Source: Pseudomonadota bacterium | GTDB taxonomy: Bacteria > Pseudomonadota > Gammaproteobacteria > Xanthomonadales > Rhodanobacteraceae | NCBI GenBank assembly: GCA_018240485.1 | Contig: JAFEFR010000044.1 | Span: forward strand, 1-45,247 | Length of the DNA: 45,247 nucleotides | Direction of reading: 5' to 3' | Part shown: positions 28,587 through 38,719 of the stretch, piece after piece | Position numbering within the stretch: position 1 is the stretch's first letter | Layout of the letters: each line of letters opens with the position of its first letter | Notes under the pieces: model-generated | The model's input: the letters and a program-made list of their open reading frames with translations, nothing else | Told to the model about the DNA's origin: nothing | Database searches by the model: none | Made by a program: the position numbers and the translations under genes

Positions 28587-30767
28587 ATGCAAACGGTGCT
28601 TCAGGTAGCGGTGCCGGTGCCGTTGGCGCAGTGTTTCGACTATCTGCCGCCATGGGGCGTCGACGCCGAGACGGTGGCGATCGGCACGCGTCTCGCCGTG
28701 CCGTTCGCCGGGCGCATGCGAGTCGGCGTCGTGCTTGGCCGTGCGGGCGACAGCGCGGTCGATGCACGCAAACTCAAGCGGGCCTCGCGCCTGCTCGATG
28801 AAACGGCGCTGATCACCCCCGAGCTGACGGCAACGTTGGTGTGGGCGGCACGTTATTACCAGCACCCGCTCGGCGAAGTGTTCGACACGGCCTTGCCGGT
28901 CGGCTTGCGCACGGCGCGACCTGTCCCGGTCGCGCCGACCGAGCGCGCCGTGATGCGGGTCGATGGCGCTGCGCAAAACCGTCCTCGCGCGGGGTCGCGG
29001 GCGGCGACGTTGCTCGATCTGCTCGATGCCGGCCCCCTTCGCCATGCGGAACTCGATGCGCGCCTGCCGGGTTGGCGCAGCGCAGCGGCGAACCTGCGCC
29101 AACGCGGCCTCATTACGATGACGACGTTGGCCGTGCGCACACTGCGGCAGGCTTCGATCCCCGGGCCGGCGCCGAATGCGGAGCAGGCGGCGGCGATCGC
29201 CGAGATCGCCGCCTGTTTCGGGCGCTTCGCGCCAACGTTGCTCGAAGGCATTACCGGCAGCGGCAAAACCGAGGTCTATCTCGCTCTGATCGAACAGGTC
29301 GTGGCGCGTGGCGGGCAGGCGCTGGTGCTCGTGCCCGAAATCGGTTTGACGCCCCAGACCTTGCGTCGTTTTCGCGAACGCCTCGCTGCGCGCATCGAGG
29401 TGCTGCACTCCGGCCTTGCCGACGGCGAGCGCACGCGCGCCTGGCTGGCCGCCGCACGCGGCGAGGCCGATGTCGTGATCGGCACGCGCTCGGCCGTGTT
29501 CGCGCCGCTGCCGCGTGCCGCATTGATCGTCGTCGACGAAGAGCACGATGGCTCGTACAAGCAACAGGAAGGTTGGCGTTATTCCGCACGCGATCTCGCC
29601 CTCGTGCGGGCCCGCGCGCTGGGAGTGCCCGTTGTGCTCGGCACGGCAACGCCGTCGCTGGAGACGTTGGCCAATGTCGAGTCCGGGCGCTATCGGAAGC
29701 TGCACCTCGGCGCGCGCCCGGGCGCGGCGCGTCTGCCGCAGTTCCATCTCGTCGATCTGCGCGGCAAACCGCTGCAACATGGGCTTGCGCAGGAGACGGT
29801 TGCCGCGCTGCGAGCTTGCCTCGAACGCGGCGAGCAGGCGCTGGTGTTTCGCAACCGCCGCGGCTATGCACCTGTTTTGACCTGCCGCCAATGCGGCTGG
29901 CATGCAGCCTGTGGGCGCTGCGACAAGCCGCTGACCTGGCATCGCGGCGCCGCGCAGTTACGCTGCCATCATTGCGCGGCCGAGCAACGCGTTCCATCCA
30001 CTTGTCCACAATGCGGCAATGTACACTTGACTGCGCAAGGTTTCGGCACCGAGCGCATCGAGGCGGCGCTTGCGCAATTGTTCCCATCCACGCCATTGGT
30101 GCGCATCGATCGCGAGACGACGCGACGCAAACACGCTTTCGGCGCGCTGCTCGACGCGCTCACTCCCGATCGTTCCGCATTGATCGTCGGCACGCAAATG
30201 CTGGCGAAAGGCCACGACTTGCCGAACCTCACGCTGGTCGTCATCGTCGGTGTCGACGAGGGCCTGTTCAGCGTCGACTTTCGTGCCGAGGAACGTCTGG
30301 CGCAACTCGTCGTGCAGGTTGCAGGCCGCGCAGGTCGCGCGCTGAAGCCGGGGCAGGTCTGGCTGCAAACGCACCATCCCGATCATCCTCTGTTGCGCAC
30401 CTTGCTCAGCCATGGCTATGCCGCTGCCGCTCAAGCCATGCTGCGCGAACGTCAGGCGGCGGAGTTGCCGCCGTACGCACATTTCGCGTTATTGCGTGCC
30501 GAGGCGCAGCAGCAGGGGCGAGTCGACGAATTCCTTCTCATCGCCGCTCGCCAAGCGGGCAACCCCGACGGCGTCAGCCTGCTCGGCCCGATGCCCGCAC
30601 CGATGCCGCGCCGCGCCGGTTTGCAGCGCGGCCAATTGCTGCTCGGCGCGACCGAGCGCGCGCATCTGCATGCGTTCCTGCCCAACTGGATTTCGAACGT
30701 GCGTGCGCTGCGCGAGGCGCGACGCGTGCGCTGGTCGCTCGATGTCGATCCCGTGGATTTGTACTGA
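28587..30767 (+). CDS. priA: Primosomal protein N' (replication restart helicase)
   Basis: GITGSGKTEVYL, VDEEHD, NRRGYAP, four CxxC pairs, GTQMLAKGHD, QVAGRAGR, DVDPVDLY. Confidence 0.98.
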   Translation: MQTVLQVAVPVPLAQCFDYLPPWGVDAETVAIGTRLAVPFAGRMRVGVVLGRAGDSAVDARKLKRASRLLDETALITPELTATLVWAARYYQHPLGEVFDTALPVGLRTARPVPVAPTERAVMRVDGAAQNRPRAGSRAATLLDLLDAGPLRHAELDARLPGWRSAAANLRQRGLITMTTLAVRTLRQASIPGPAPNAEQAAAIAEIAACFGRFAPTLLEGITGSGKTEVYLALIEQVVARGGQALVLVPEIGLTPQTLRRFRERLAARIEVLHSGLADGERTRAWLAAARGEADVVIGTRSAVFAPLPRAALIVVDEEHDGSYKQQEGWRYSARDLALVRARALGVPVVLGTATPSLETLANVESGRYRKLHLGARPGAARLPQFHLVDLRGKPLQHGLAQETVAALRACLERGEQALVFRNRRGYAPVLTCRQCGWHAACGRCDKPLTWHRGAAQLRCHHCAAEQRVPSTCPQCGNVHLTAQGFGTERIEAALAQLFPSTPLVRIDRETTRRKHAFGALLDALTPDRSALIVGTQMLAKGHDLPNLTLVVIVGVDEGLFSVDFRAEERLAQLVVQVAGRAGRALKPGQVWLQTHHPDHPLLRTLLSHGYAAAAQAMLRERQAAELPPYAHFALLRAEAQQQGRVDEFLLIAARQAGNPDGVSLLGPMPAPMPRRAGLQRGQLLLGATERAHLHAFLPNWISNVRALREARRVRWSLDVDPVDLY

Positions 30768-30813
30768 GCCCGAAGCGCTTTCTTGCGCCGCAGCAAAACG
30801 CTAGGATGCATGC

Positions 30814-32103
30814 ATGGCAACGGCATCCCCTCGGATCGTCATCGTCGGCGGCGGTTTCGCCGGACTCTGGGCCGCGCGTGCGCTGCGCTCCGCGCCCGTC
30901 AGCATTCTGTTGATCGACCGTGCCAATCATCACCTGTTCCAACCGTTGCTGTATCAGGTCGCCACGGCGGGGCTGTCCTCACCCGACATCGCCGCGCCAC
31001 TGCGACATATCTTGCGCAAGCAAGGCAATGTCGAGGTGCGCATGGCCCGCGTCGAGCGCGTCGATGTCGCCGCGCGGCGTGTGCATTGCGACGACGGTGG
31101 CAGCGCCGAATACGACACCTTGTTGCTCGCAAGCGGAGCGACGCATGCCTATTTCGGCCACGACGACTGGGCGCCGTTCGCGCCGGGCCTGAAAACGCTG
31201 GACGATGCTCTGCTGCTGCGCCGGCGCCTGCTGCTCGCATTCGAGCGCGCCGAGGCGGAAATCGATCCGACCAAACGCGCGGCGTGGCTCAGCTTCGCGA
31301 TTGTCGGCGGCGGCCCGACCGGGGTCGAATTGGCCGGCACCCTGGCCGAGATCGCACGGCACACATTGAAACGCGAGTTTCGGCACATCGATCCCGCGGC
31401 GGCGCGGGTGCGTCTGATCGAAGCCGGACCACGCATTCTGTCGAGCTTTCCGGAATCGCTGTCGGCGAAAGCGCGTGCGCAACTCGAACGTCTTGGCGTC
31501 GAGGTCATGACCGGCATGCCCGTCGAGGCGATCGATGCGCAAGGCTATCGTTCGGGCGGCGTTTTCGTGCCGGCGCGTACCGTCATCTGGGCTGCGGGCG
31601 TTGCGGCATCGACGCTGGCGCGCTCGCTCGACGTCGAACTCGATCGCGCGGGGCGCGTGCGCGTGCTGCCCGATCTTTCCGTGCCCGGGCACCCGGAGAT
31701 TTTTGTTGCCGGCGATCTCGCCACCGTCGTACAGGATGGCAAGCCCGTGCCCGGCGTCGCGCCGGCGGCGAAGCAGATGGGTAAACACGTCGCACGAGCG
31801 ATTCGCGACCGTCTGGCGGGACGCACGCCACCGCCATTTCGCTACCGCGACGACGGCAACCTGGCCACGATCGGGCGCATGGCGGCGGTCGTCGATGTGT
31901 ACGGCTTGAAACTGTCCGGTGTGCTTGCCTGGTGGTTCTGGCTGGCCGCGCACGTGTTTTTTCTGATTGGCTTCCGCAACCGGCTTGTCGTGTTGCTCAA
32001 TTGGGCGGTGGCGTATTGGAGTTACCAGCGTGCCGCGCGGATCATCATCGGCCATCCCCAGTTGGGAGCGTCTGGCGGCGAAGACGAGCCGGAAGCCGGT
32101 TGA
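30814..32103 (+). CDS. ndh: Type II NADH dehydrogenase family FAD oxidoreductase
   Basis: GGGFAG, HHLFQPLLYQVAT, GGGPTGVELAG, FVAGD. Confidence 0.92.
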   Translation: MATASPRIVIVGGGFAGLWAARALRSAPVSILLIDRANHHLFQPLLYQVATAGLSSPDIAAPLRHILRKQGNVEVRMARVERVDVAARRVHCDDGGSAEYDTLLLASGATHAYFGHDDWAPFAPGLKTLDDALLLRRRLLLAFERAEAEIDPTKRAAWLSFAIVGGGPTGVELAGTLAEIARHTLKREFRHIDPAAARVRLIEAGPRILSSFPESLSAKARAQLERLGVEVMTGMPVEAIDAQGYRSGGVFVPARTVIWAAGVAASTLARSLDVELDRAGRVRVLPDLSVPGHPEIFVAGDLATVVQDGKPVPGVAPAAKQMGKHVARAIRDRLAGRTPPPFRYRDDGNLATIGRMAAVVDVYGLKLSGVLAWWFWLAAHVFFLIGFRNRLVVLLNWAVAYWSYQRAARIIIGHPQLGASGGEDEPEAG

Positions 32104-32214
32104 GCCTTGCCGAGTGCGGATGAGCAAACGGCCCAGACAATTTCCGGGCCGTTCGAGGCAGAGATGGAACGATGTTTTTGTCGAAAGCGGCAGCCAACGA
32201 CCAGCGCACCCGAC

Positions 32215-33078
32215 TTACGCGAACAACGCGCGCATCTTTTTCATCGCACCGACTTCGATCTGGCGGATGCGCTCGGCCGACACCTTGTACTCGTCGGCCA
32301 ATTCCTGCAGGGTTGCCTTGTCGCCGTCCTTGAGCCAGCGGCGCTGGATGATGTCGCGCGAGCGCGCATCGAGTTTGGCCAGACCGTTTTTCAGCGTGCC
32401 GAGATCGGCGTCTTCCTGGTTCTCGTTTTCGAGCGCATGGTATGGATCGGCGTGGTCGTCGACGAGGTAGGCGACGGGTGCGGGCTTGGCGTCCTCGTCG
32501 GCATCGGCGGGCGCTTCGAAAGCGATATCGTGTCCCGACAAGCGGGCTTCCATTTCGAGCACGTCGGCCGTGGTCACGCCAAGATCCTTGGCCACCGCTT
32601 GCACTTCGGCGTTGTTCATCCAGCCCAGGCGCTTCTTCGACTTGCGCAGATTGAAGAACAACTTGCGCTGCGCCTTGGTCGTGGCGACCTTGACGATGCG
32701 CCAGTTGCGCAGGATGAACTCGTGCATCTCGGCGCGAATCCAATGCACGGCGAACGAGACCAGACGCACGCCCATGTCCGGGTCGAAGCGCTTGACCGCC
32801 TTCATCAGGCCGATGTTGCCTTCCTGGATCAAATCGCCGATCTGAAGACCATAGCCCGAGTAGCCGCGCGCGACGTGGACGACGAAGCGCAGGTGCGCCA
32901 TGACCAGTTTCTTCGCCGCGGCGAGATCCTCGCTCGCGCGATAGCTTTTGGCGAGTGACTGTTCTTCTTCCACACTGAGCACCGGAAAACGATGCACGGC
33001 GGTGATGTACGAATCCAGACTGCCGAGCGCATTCGGAATCGGCAGGTTGTTGGCAACCAAAGCGGTAGCGTGGGACAT
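32215..33078 (-). CDS. rpoH: RNA polymerase sigma-32 factor
   Basis: [19 protein letters not shown], RpoH box [19 protein letters not shown]. Confidence 0.98.
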   Translation of the reverse strand: MSHATALVANNLPIPNALGSLDSYITAVHRFPVLSVEEEQSLAKSYRASEDLAAAKKLVMAHLRFVVHVARGYSGYGLQIGDLIQEGNIGLMKAVKRFDPDMGVRLVSFAVHWIRAEMHEFILRNWRIVKVATTKAQRKLFFNLRKSKKRLGWMNNAEVQAVAKDLGVTTADVLEMEARLSGHDIAFEAPADADEDAKPAPVAYLVDDHADPYHALENENQEDADLGTLKNGLAKLDARSRDIIQRRWLKDGDKATLQELADEYKVSAERIRQIEVGAMKKMRALFA

Positions 33079-33101
33079 TTTCGCCTCCATTGGGGTGCAG
33101 T

Positions 33102-33128
33102 TTAGCACTCTGGATATGAGAGTGCTAA
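33102..33128. promoter_or_regulatory. CIRCE element (HrcA operator) upstream of rpoH
   Basis: Perfect TTAGCACTC-N9-GAGTGCTAA, 23 nt upstream of the rpoH ATG. Confidence 0.97.
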
Positions 33129-33313
33129 GACAGATAAAAAGTTCAAAAACCCAGCACTCCACTTTTAATGCACCATATAGTACACGAATTATTCGGGATG
33201 GATCAACCCGATCCATCACCAAGCCCAAAGCAGGCTGCGGCAAATGCGAGCAACAACAAACCGCGTCGTGGCGCGGTTTGTTGGCTATTCCGGTAGATCG
33301 GGGGAAGTGTGTT

Positions 33314-33641
33314 TGGTGGGCCCACCAGGATTCGAACCTGGAACCAAAGGATTCGCGTGGCCCGGATGTTTCCATCCGGCGCGGACTATCTCTTCACCCG
33401 CAACGTGACGTTGCTGGGGTGCGGGACGCTCGATGCCTGTGATCAAGGGCGCTGAAGCCCTCAGGTAGTCTCTGCACCTTCCGACGGTGTACCGCCGGCT
33501 TGGCTCAGGATTGCCGCCGGCCAGCTCTTGATCCAAGCTGCCGCTGCGGTTTCCCTGAATTCATCCCGTTCCCGTCCGCACGTTTCCGCACGGCGGCACC
33601 TTTCGATGAGTCCTCTGCTCTAACCGTTGAGCTATAGGCCC
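33314..33641 (-). tRNA. ileX: tRNA-Ile2 (CAU anticodon, lysidine type), interrupted; exons 33606-33641 and 33314-33353
   Basis: Joined exons give the 76-nt GGGCCTATAGCTCAACGGTTAGAGCAGAGGACTCAT/AATCCTTTGGTTCCAGGTTCGAATCCTGGTGGGCCCACCA. Cloverleaf, encoded CCA, A73, C4:G69 and C5:G68. -10 TACCAT at 33653-58. Confidence 0.95.
33354..33605 (-). ncRNA. Group I self-splicing intron (IC3-like, Azoarcus tRNA-Ile type), 252 nt, ORF-less
   Basis: Inserted right after CAU. P1 CAU/C-GAAA-G-GUG with a U.G pair at the splice site. P AAUUCAGGGAAA, Q AAUCCUGAGC, R GCAGAGACUA, S GAAGAGAUAGUCC. P3 CGGGAUG/CGUCCCG. P9 CCGGAUG-GAAA-CAUCCGG. Terminal G. Confidence 0.95.
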
Positions 33642-33678
33642 GGACGGCGGGCATGGTAGGCGAAGTGCCCGCGCGTGC

Positions 33679-34983
33679 CTAGTGTTTGTGCGCTGCACGT
33701 TGATCTGGCGCGTAGCTCACGCGCCAGATCGATCCCGAGCCATCGTCGGTGACCAGCAACGCGCCATCCGCGGCCACCGCGACGCCAACCGGGCGACCCC
33801 AGACCGTGCCATCGTCGAGGACGAAGCCGGTCAGGAAATCCTGATATTCCCCACTCGCTCGCGCGTTGCCGTGGCGCGGTATGCGGATGAGTTCGTACCC
33901 CGTGCGCACCGCTCGGTTCCAGGAGCCGTGCTCGGCGGCAAAAAGATCGCCACGATACTCGGCGGGAAACTGCGCGCCATCGTAAAACGTGAGGCCCAGT
34001 GAGGCATTGTGCGGCTGGATCAACACGTCTGGCACGATGACTTTGTCCCTGAGTTCGGGATGCTTGCCGGCATGACGCGGATCCTGATTCGCGCCGATGT
34101 ACCACCATGGCCAGCCGTAGAAACCGCCTTCCTGCACGCGGGTGATGTAGTCGGGCACGAGGTTGTCGCCGAGCATGTCGCGCTCGTTGACGCTGGTCCA
34201 CAACTCATCGGATTGCGGATCGACCGCGAGGCCGACCGGGTTGCGGATGCCGGCGGCGAATATTTTTTTATCGCTGCCATCGGGTTTGACGACGAGGATG
34301 TTCGCGCGACCGCGCTCGGCTGGCGTCGTATCCGGATCATCGACATTGGAAGCCGAGCCGATGGCCACGAACAAGCGCTTTCCGTCGACGGAGAAGGCGA
34401 GATCGCGCGTCGTGTGACCGCCATCTGGCAGGTCGAGAAGCGTTTCCGGGTGGCCATGCGCGGTGAGGTCGCCATTGCGATACGGCAGACGCACCACCGC
34501 ATTGACATTGCCGACATACAGCCACTGCGGGTCGCTGCCGGGCGGGTAGAACGCCATCCCGAACGGGGCGTCGAGGCCGCTGGCGAAAACTTCCACCTGC
34601 TTCGGCTTGCCGTCGGCGTCGGTGCCTCGAAACAGGCGAATGCGACCGGCCGCCGTTTCGGCGACGAAGATGTCGCCATTCGGTGCCCGCCGGATCTGAC
34701 GGGGATTCTTCAAGGTCGATGCGAACAACTCGACCTTGAATCCCGGCGGCGCTTTGGGCCACGCATCGACGGGACGCGTCACCATGTGCGGCCCGTTGCC
34801 GACGGCGCGCGTCGCGAATGGCGCGGGAAGATCCTGCGCACGGATTCTGTGCGTGACACCGGGCGATTGCTGACGAAAGTCGGTGAACGGCGAGGCTGGC
34901 ATCGGTGCATCGAATCGCGCCGCGAACGCCGTCGTGGCGAGAACCAACGTTGCGAATATCGGAAAAAACGCGTTGCGCATCAT
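33679..34983 (-). CDS. Sorbosone dehydrogenase family / PQQ-dependent sugar dehydrogenase-like beta-propeller
   Basis: Signal peptide, GGHTTR, GIRNPVGL, VNERDMLGDNLVPDY, HGSWNR, GRPVGV. Confidence 0.9.
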   Translation of the reverse strand: MMRNAFFPIFATLVLATTAFAARFDAPMPASPFTDFRQQSPGVTHRIRAQDLPAPFATRAVGNGPHMVTRPVDAWPKAPPGFKVELFASTLKNPRQIRRAPNGDIFVAETAAGRIRLFRGTDADGKPKQVEVFASGLDAPFGMAFYPPGSDPQWLYVGNVNAVVRLPYRNGDLTAHGHPETLLDLPDGGHTTRDLAFSVDGKRLFVAIGSASNVDDPDTTPAERGRANILVVKPDGSDKKIFAAGIRNPVGLAVDPQSDELWTSVNERDMLGDNLVPDYITRVQEGGFYGWPWWYIGANQDPRHAGKHPELRDKVIVPDVLIQPHNASLGLTFYDGAQFPAEYRGDLFAAEHGSWNRAVRTGYELIRIPRHGNARASGEYQDFLTGFVLDDGTVWGRPVGVAVAADGALLVTDDGSGSIWRVSYAPDQRAAHKH

Positions 34984-35140
34984 GCGGACCTGGAGGAGTG
35001 CGAGGATGTGCGATCGAATCGCCGTACGCGGGCTATTCTGCAACGATTCGCGCCCGTCGGCATTCGTTATGCACCGCTAACAGATGCTGCGCAGTTTGCC
35101 GGTATACTCGCACCGATTTCCACAGCGCAGACGGATGGCA

Positions 35141-38100
35141 ATGTCGAAACCTCGCCGAGGGCGCCCGCAAAACCTGCTCGTCGATCTTGCTTGCTTCCTA
35201 CCCGCCCTGGTTGCGTATGCGCTGGCGGTATTGGTTCGCCACCCTACGATCGTGCTCGTGCTGATCCTCGGCAACGCCTTGACCATGGCGGCAATCATCC
35301 ACGCCATGCGCCCCGCCAGTCGCAGCGGATTCGCCGCGCGCCTTGCCCCCGGCGGCGTCGCCTGCTTCCTCTTGAGCGGGGTCTATGCCGGAGTTTTTGC
35401 GATCGTGGCATTCTTTCCGGTGCGGCTTGCGCTTGCCGATGCCTCGCTGGTCACGGCGTTGCTGTTGTCGGCGGCGGCATTCGTTCTGCTGCTTGCACCG
35501 TGGCGCGCATGGCCTGCCTTCGGACTTGCCGCAGCGTTCGACCTGTTACCCCTCGCACGCACGCGGCTTGGCGCGATCGCCACGGTCGAACGCAGCGTCG
35601 ATCTCGCCCATCGCTTGACGGCGCGCGAAGAGTTGTTCTTCCCGCAAGGACTGATCGTGTCGTTGGCGCTGTTCTCGTTGACCTTCGGTGCGTTCGCCCT
35701 GGGCGATATCGCCGTGGCGCTACCCGACATCGATCGCCGCATCGCCCTCGGCATTTACGCGCTGTTGCTCGCGCCGATCGCGCAATGGTTCATCGCCCGG
35801 GCAGGCCTCAGGGCGATCGTCGAACAGCGCGATCTGTTGCTGCGACGCGAGCCCGCGGAGGCCGAACCGGCGCCCGCACCGACGACACGCGAAGACATTC
35901 TTCCGCCGAGTCTGTCGATCGAGCCCGCGCCATCGGCGCCGCCACCGGCAGCGCAACCGGATGCCGCCGAACTCGACGCGCGCTTGTTGCGTTGCGCGCG
36001 GGCGGGCGACGGTGCGGGCGCACTCCTCATGCTCGAGCAGGGCGCCAACCCGAATTCCGTGCCGGGGCCGGGTGATCGCGATCAACGCTCGGTCGTCGTT
36101 CTCGCCTGCGTCGCCCGCGACCTGGCCTTGCTGCGTGCGCTCATCGGCAAGGGCGCCGATCTCAATCGCTCTCATGCCGGGCTGGCGCCGTTGATCGCGG
36201 CGACGCGCGACAGCTACCTCGGTCGGCCCGATGTGGTCACGACGTTGCTGACCAACGGTGCCGATCCGAACTGCACGGACGCCGACGGCAACACGCCCCT
36301 GCATTTCGCCGTGCGTGTGGCCGAGCCGACCGTCGCCGCTCTGCTTTGCGACGCATCGGCGCCGATCGATGCCGTGAATCGCGAAGGCTACACGGCGCTC
36401 GGCGTCGCCTGTGCTGCGGGGCGCGTCGACCTCGTGCGCTTCCTGCTCGAACGTCGCGCCGGCATTGAAATCGCCCACGCCGTGCCGGCCTTGATCGCCG
36501 CCGCCGCCACGCCCGACGACGACACCGACATCGTCAAGCTGCTGCTCAAACGCGGTGCGCGCGTCGACATCGTCGATCGCCACGGACGCGCACCGCTCGC
36601 GATCGCCGCGCAACACGACAACGCGCATATCGCCGCGCTGTTGCTCAAATCCGGTGCTGTCATCGATGCCGCCGACTCTCTTGGCGTCACCGCCCTCATG
36701 GAGGCGGCGCTTGCCGGTGCGACCGAATCCCTCGACGTGCTCGGGGCACACGCGCCTGCGCTGGAACAAACCGATCACGTCGGCCGTACCGCGTTGATGT
36801 TTGCGGCCGAATCGATCCATGCCGACGACGATGGCGTTGCGCGCCTGCTTGCCCTTGGCGCATCACCAGCGACCGCCACGCCGGAAGGAAAGCGCGCGGT
36901 CGACTTTGCCGCTGCGGCAGGGCGTTGGCGCAGCGTCGCCTTGCTCGATCCGGAGTACGCATTGCCGGCCAGCGTCGATGCACCGGCGGCGCCGACGGCG
37001 CTCGCGCGCCCGGATTCGCCCGCTCACTTGCTCGATGCATTGCGGTTCGGCCATTGGCAGATCGCCGAGGATTTCGCCGACGTGCAACACGGCTGGCCGA
37101 TGACGCAACGCGCGCAGATGTTCGTCGATCTCGCCGCGCACGGCAACCCGACCGCGCGGTTGTGGCTGCTCGATCACGGACTGGATACAAATGCACGCCT
37201 GTCCGGCGGCGCCACGCTCGTCGGCGCCTTGCTCATGCAATTGCCGACCAGTCTGACGGCGCTGCGCGAAGCGCTCGATGCCGGCGCGCAAGTCACTGGC
37301 GTTGGCGTGCTCGATCCCATTCTCGACGCGCTCGTGCGTCATCCCGAGCGTCGCGAAGAACTCGAAACGCTCGCTCTGGCGATGATCGATCGCGGCGCGG
37401 ATATCTTCGCCGCCGACGCGAACCGGCAGACGCTGCTGGTACGCAGCATTGGCGCGGGCAGCGTGCGCACGACGCTGGCCTTGCTTGCGCGCGGCGTCGA
37501 CCCGAACGCGCGCGACCGGCGCGGTCGCTCGCCTTTGTTCGCTGCCTTCGCTTTGCCCTCGGGCATGGCCGAGACGATGACGCGTGCGCTGATCCGCGCG
37601 GGTGCCGATCCCGAGCTTGCCGCCGCCAACGGCGAAACCCCGCTCGGCATTGCCCTGGCTTCACCACATACCGGCCTGCGGCACTGGCTCGATTGGGCAC
37701 CGTGGAAGCTACCGCTGCGCCCGCTGCGCGAGACGGATCTGCATGCCGCCGCACAACGGGGCGACACGGCCGCCGTGGTGAAGCTGATCGAGCTTGGTCT
37801 GCCGATCGACGCACCCGATGCGAAGGGCGCCAGCGCCCTGATGCGCGCCGCCGGTGCGGGCAACGTGGAAATGCTTTCCCTGTTGCTCGAGCGCGGTGCC
37901 GACCTTGCGCAAACGGCGGCGAACGGTGCAACACCCCTGTCTGCGGCGATCACCGCACACCGCCCGAACATCGTCGAATTGCTGCTCGATCGCGGCCTGC
38001 CCGTCGACCAGCGCGTGCCGGGTGGCGGTACGCTGCTGATGATTGCGGCGGCCCTGGGTTATTCCGACATCGCCTCGATTCTGCTGGCTCGCGGCGCGGA

Positions 38101-38593
38101 TGCAAACGCGCACGACGAGCGGGGTACGCGCCCGTTGCATGCCGCTGCGCAATTCGCTTTCTCCCAGCGCGACACCGCACGCGCGCGGCAAGTGCTCGAA
38201 CTGCTCATCGCCAAGGGCGCGCAGCTCGATGCCTGCGACGAGCGCGGCACCAGTGCCTTGCATGTGCTGCTCGGCGCGCGCGCGGAACCGCGTAGCGTCG
38301 GCGATCAACAGCACCTGCAATCGCTGCTCTCGCTGTTTCTCGTCGGCCGCGCCAACGTCAATGGCCAGGACAATCGCGGCGTCTCGCCATTGCATGCCTG
38401 CGCGATGCACGGTTTGATGCTGCCTGCTCGCGCCTTGCTCGCCGCGCATGCCGATCCGGAAGCCATCGATTCGCTGGGCCGTACGCCACGCGAAGTCGCC
38501 GAACTGCTCGGCTTCATCGACGTCGCCGCCGAGCTGACCGTGCGCGTGCCGACGTCGATGCCGCTGCCCGGCAAACCGGCGGCGCAACGCTAG
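35141..38593 (+). CDS. Membrane-anchored ankyrin repeat protein
   Basis: Several N-terminal TMs, a Pro-rich linker and many ankyrin repeats (GNTPLHFA, GYTALGVA, GVTALMEA, GATPLSAA, GVSPLHAC). Confidence 0.92.
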   Translation: MSKPRRGRPQNLLVDLACFLPALVAYALAVLVRHPTIVLVLILGNALTMAAIIHAMRPASRSGFAARLAPGGVACFLLSGVYAGVFAIVAFFPVRLALADASLVTALLLSAAAFVLLLAPWRAWPAFGLAAAFDLLPLARTRLGAIATVERSVDLAHRLTAREELFFPQGLIVSLALFSLTFGAFALGDIAVALPDIDRRIALGIYALLLAPIAQWFIARAGLRAIVEQRDLLLRREPAEAEPAPAPTTREDILPPSLSIEPAPSAPPPAAQPDAAELDARLLRCARAGDGAGALLMLEQGANPNSVPGPGDRDQRSVVVLACVARDLALLRALIGKGADLNRSHAGLAPLIAATRDSYLGRPDVVTTLLTNGADPNCTDADGNTPLHFAVRVAEPTVAALLCDASAPIDAVNREGYTALGVACAAGRVDLVRFLLERRAGIEIAHAVPALIAAAATPDDDTDIVKLLLKRGARVDIVDRHGRAPLAIAAQHDNAHIAALLLKSGAVIDAADSLGVTALMEAALAGATESLDVLGAHAPALEQTDHVGRTALMFAAESIHADDDGVARLLALGASPATATPEGKRAVDFAAAAGRWRSVALLDPEYALPASVDAPAAPTALARPDSPAHLLDALRFGHWQIAEDFADVQHGWPMTQRAQMFVDLAAHGNPTARLWLLDHGLDTNARLSGGATLVGALLMQLPTSLTALREALDAGAQVTGVGVLDPILDALVRHPERREELETLALAMIDRGADIFAADANRQTLLVRSIGAGSVRTTLALLARGVDPNARDRRGRSPLFAAFALPSGMAETMTRALIRAGADPELAAANGETPLGIALASPHTGLRHWLDWAPWKLPLRPLRETDLHAAAQRGDTAAVVKLIELGLPIDAPDAKGASALMRAAGAGNVEMLSLLLERGADLAQTAANGATPLSAAITAHRPNIVELLLDRGLPVDQRVPGGGTLLMIAAALGYSDIASILLARGADANAHDERGTRPLHAAAQFAFSQRDTARARQVLELLIAKGAQLDACDERGTSALHVLLGARAEPRSVGDQQHLQSLLSLFLVGRANVNGQDNRGVSPLHACAMHGLMLPARALLAAHADPEAIDSLGRTPREVAELLGFIDVAAELTVRVPTSMPLPGKPAAQR

Positions 38594-38601
38594 AGTTTTT
38601 G

Positions 38602-38691
38602 CCTCTCCCCTCGCGGGAGAGGGGGGGCGCCAGACAGGTTATTGAACTCAGACTCACCCTCTCCCCAACCCTCGCCCATCGAGGGCGAGGG
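38602..38691. repeat. Inverted pair of BoxC/REP-like palindromic repeats
   Basis: CCTCTCCC-CTCGC-GGGAGAGG(GGGGG) and CCCTCTCCCCAA-CCCTCGCCC-ATCGA-GGGCGAGGG between convergent genes. Confidence 0.7.
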
Positions 38692-38719
38692 GCTTAAGCG
38701 CACTTCTCTTGAGAACACG

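Noticed and set aside
33079-33536. N-terminal extension of RpoH and ORF 33285..33536 as a homing endonuclease
   Set aside because: They overlap CIRCE, the tRNA and the ribozyme core and have no nuclease motifs. The true rpoH start has a GGAGG RBS at 33078.
33314-33641. tRNA-Met, tRNA pseudogene or prophage att remnant
   Set aside because: The acceptor stem matches Ile2, the halves rejoin to a perfect 76-mer, the insert has group I core motifs, and there is no integrase nearby.
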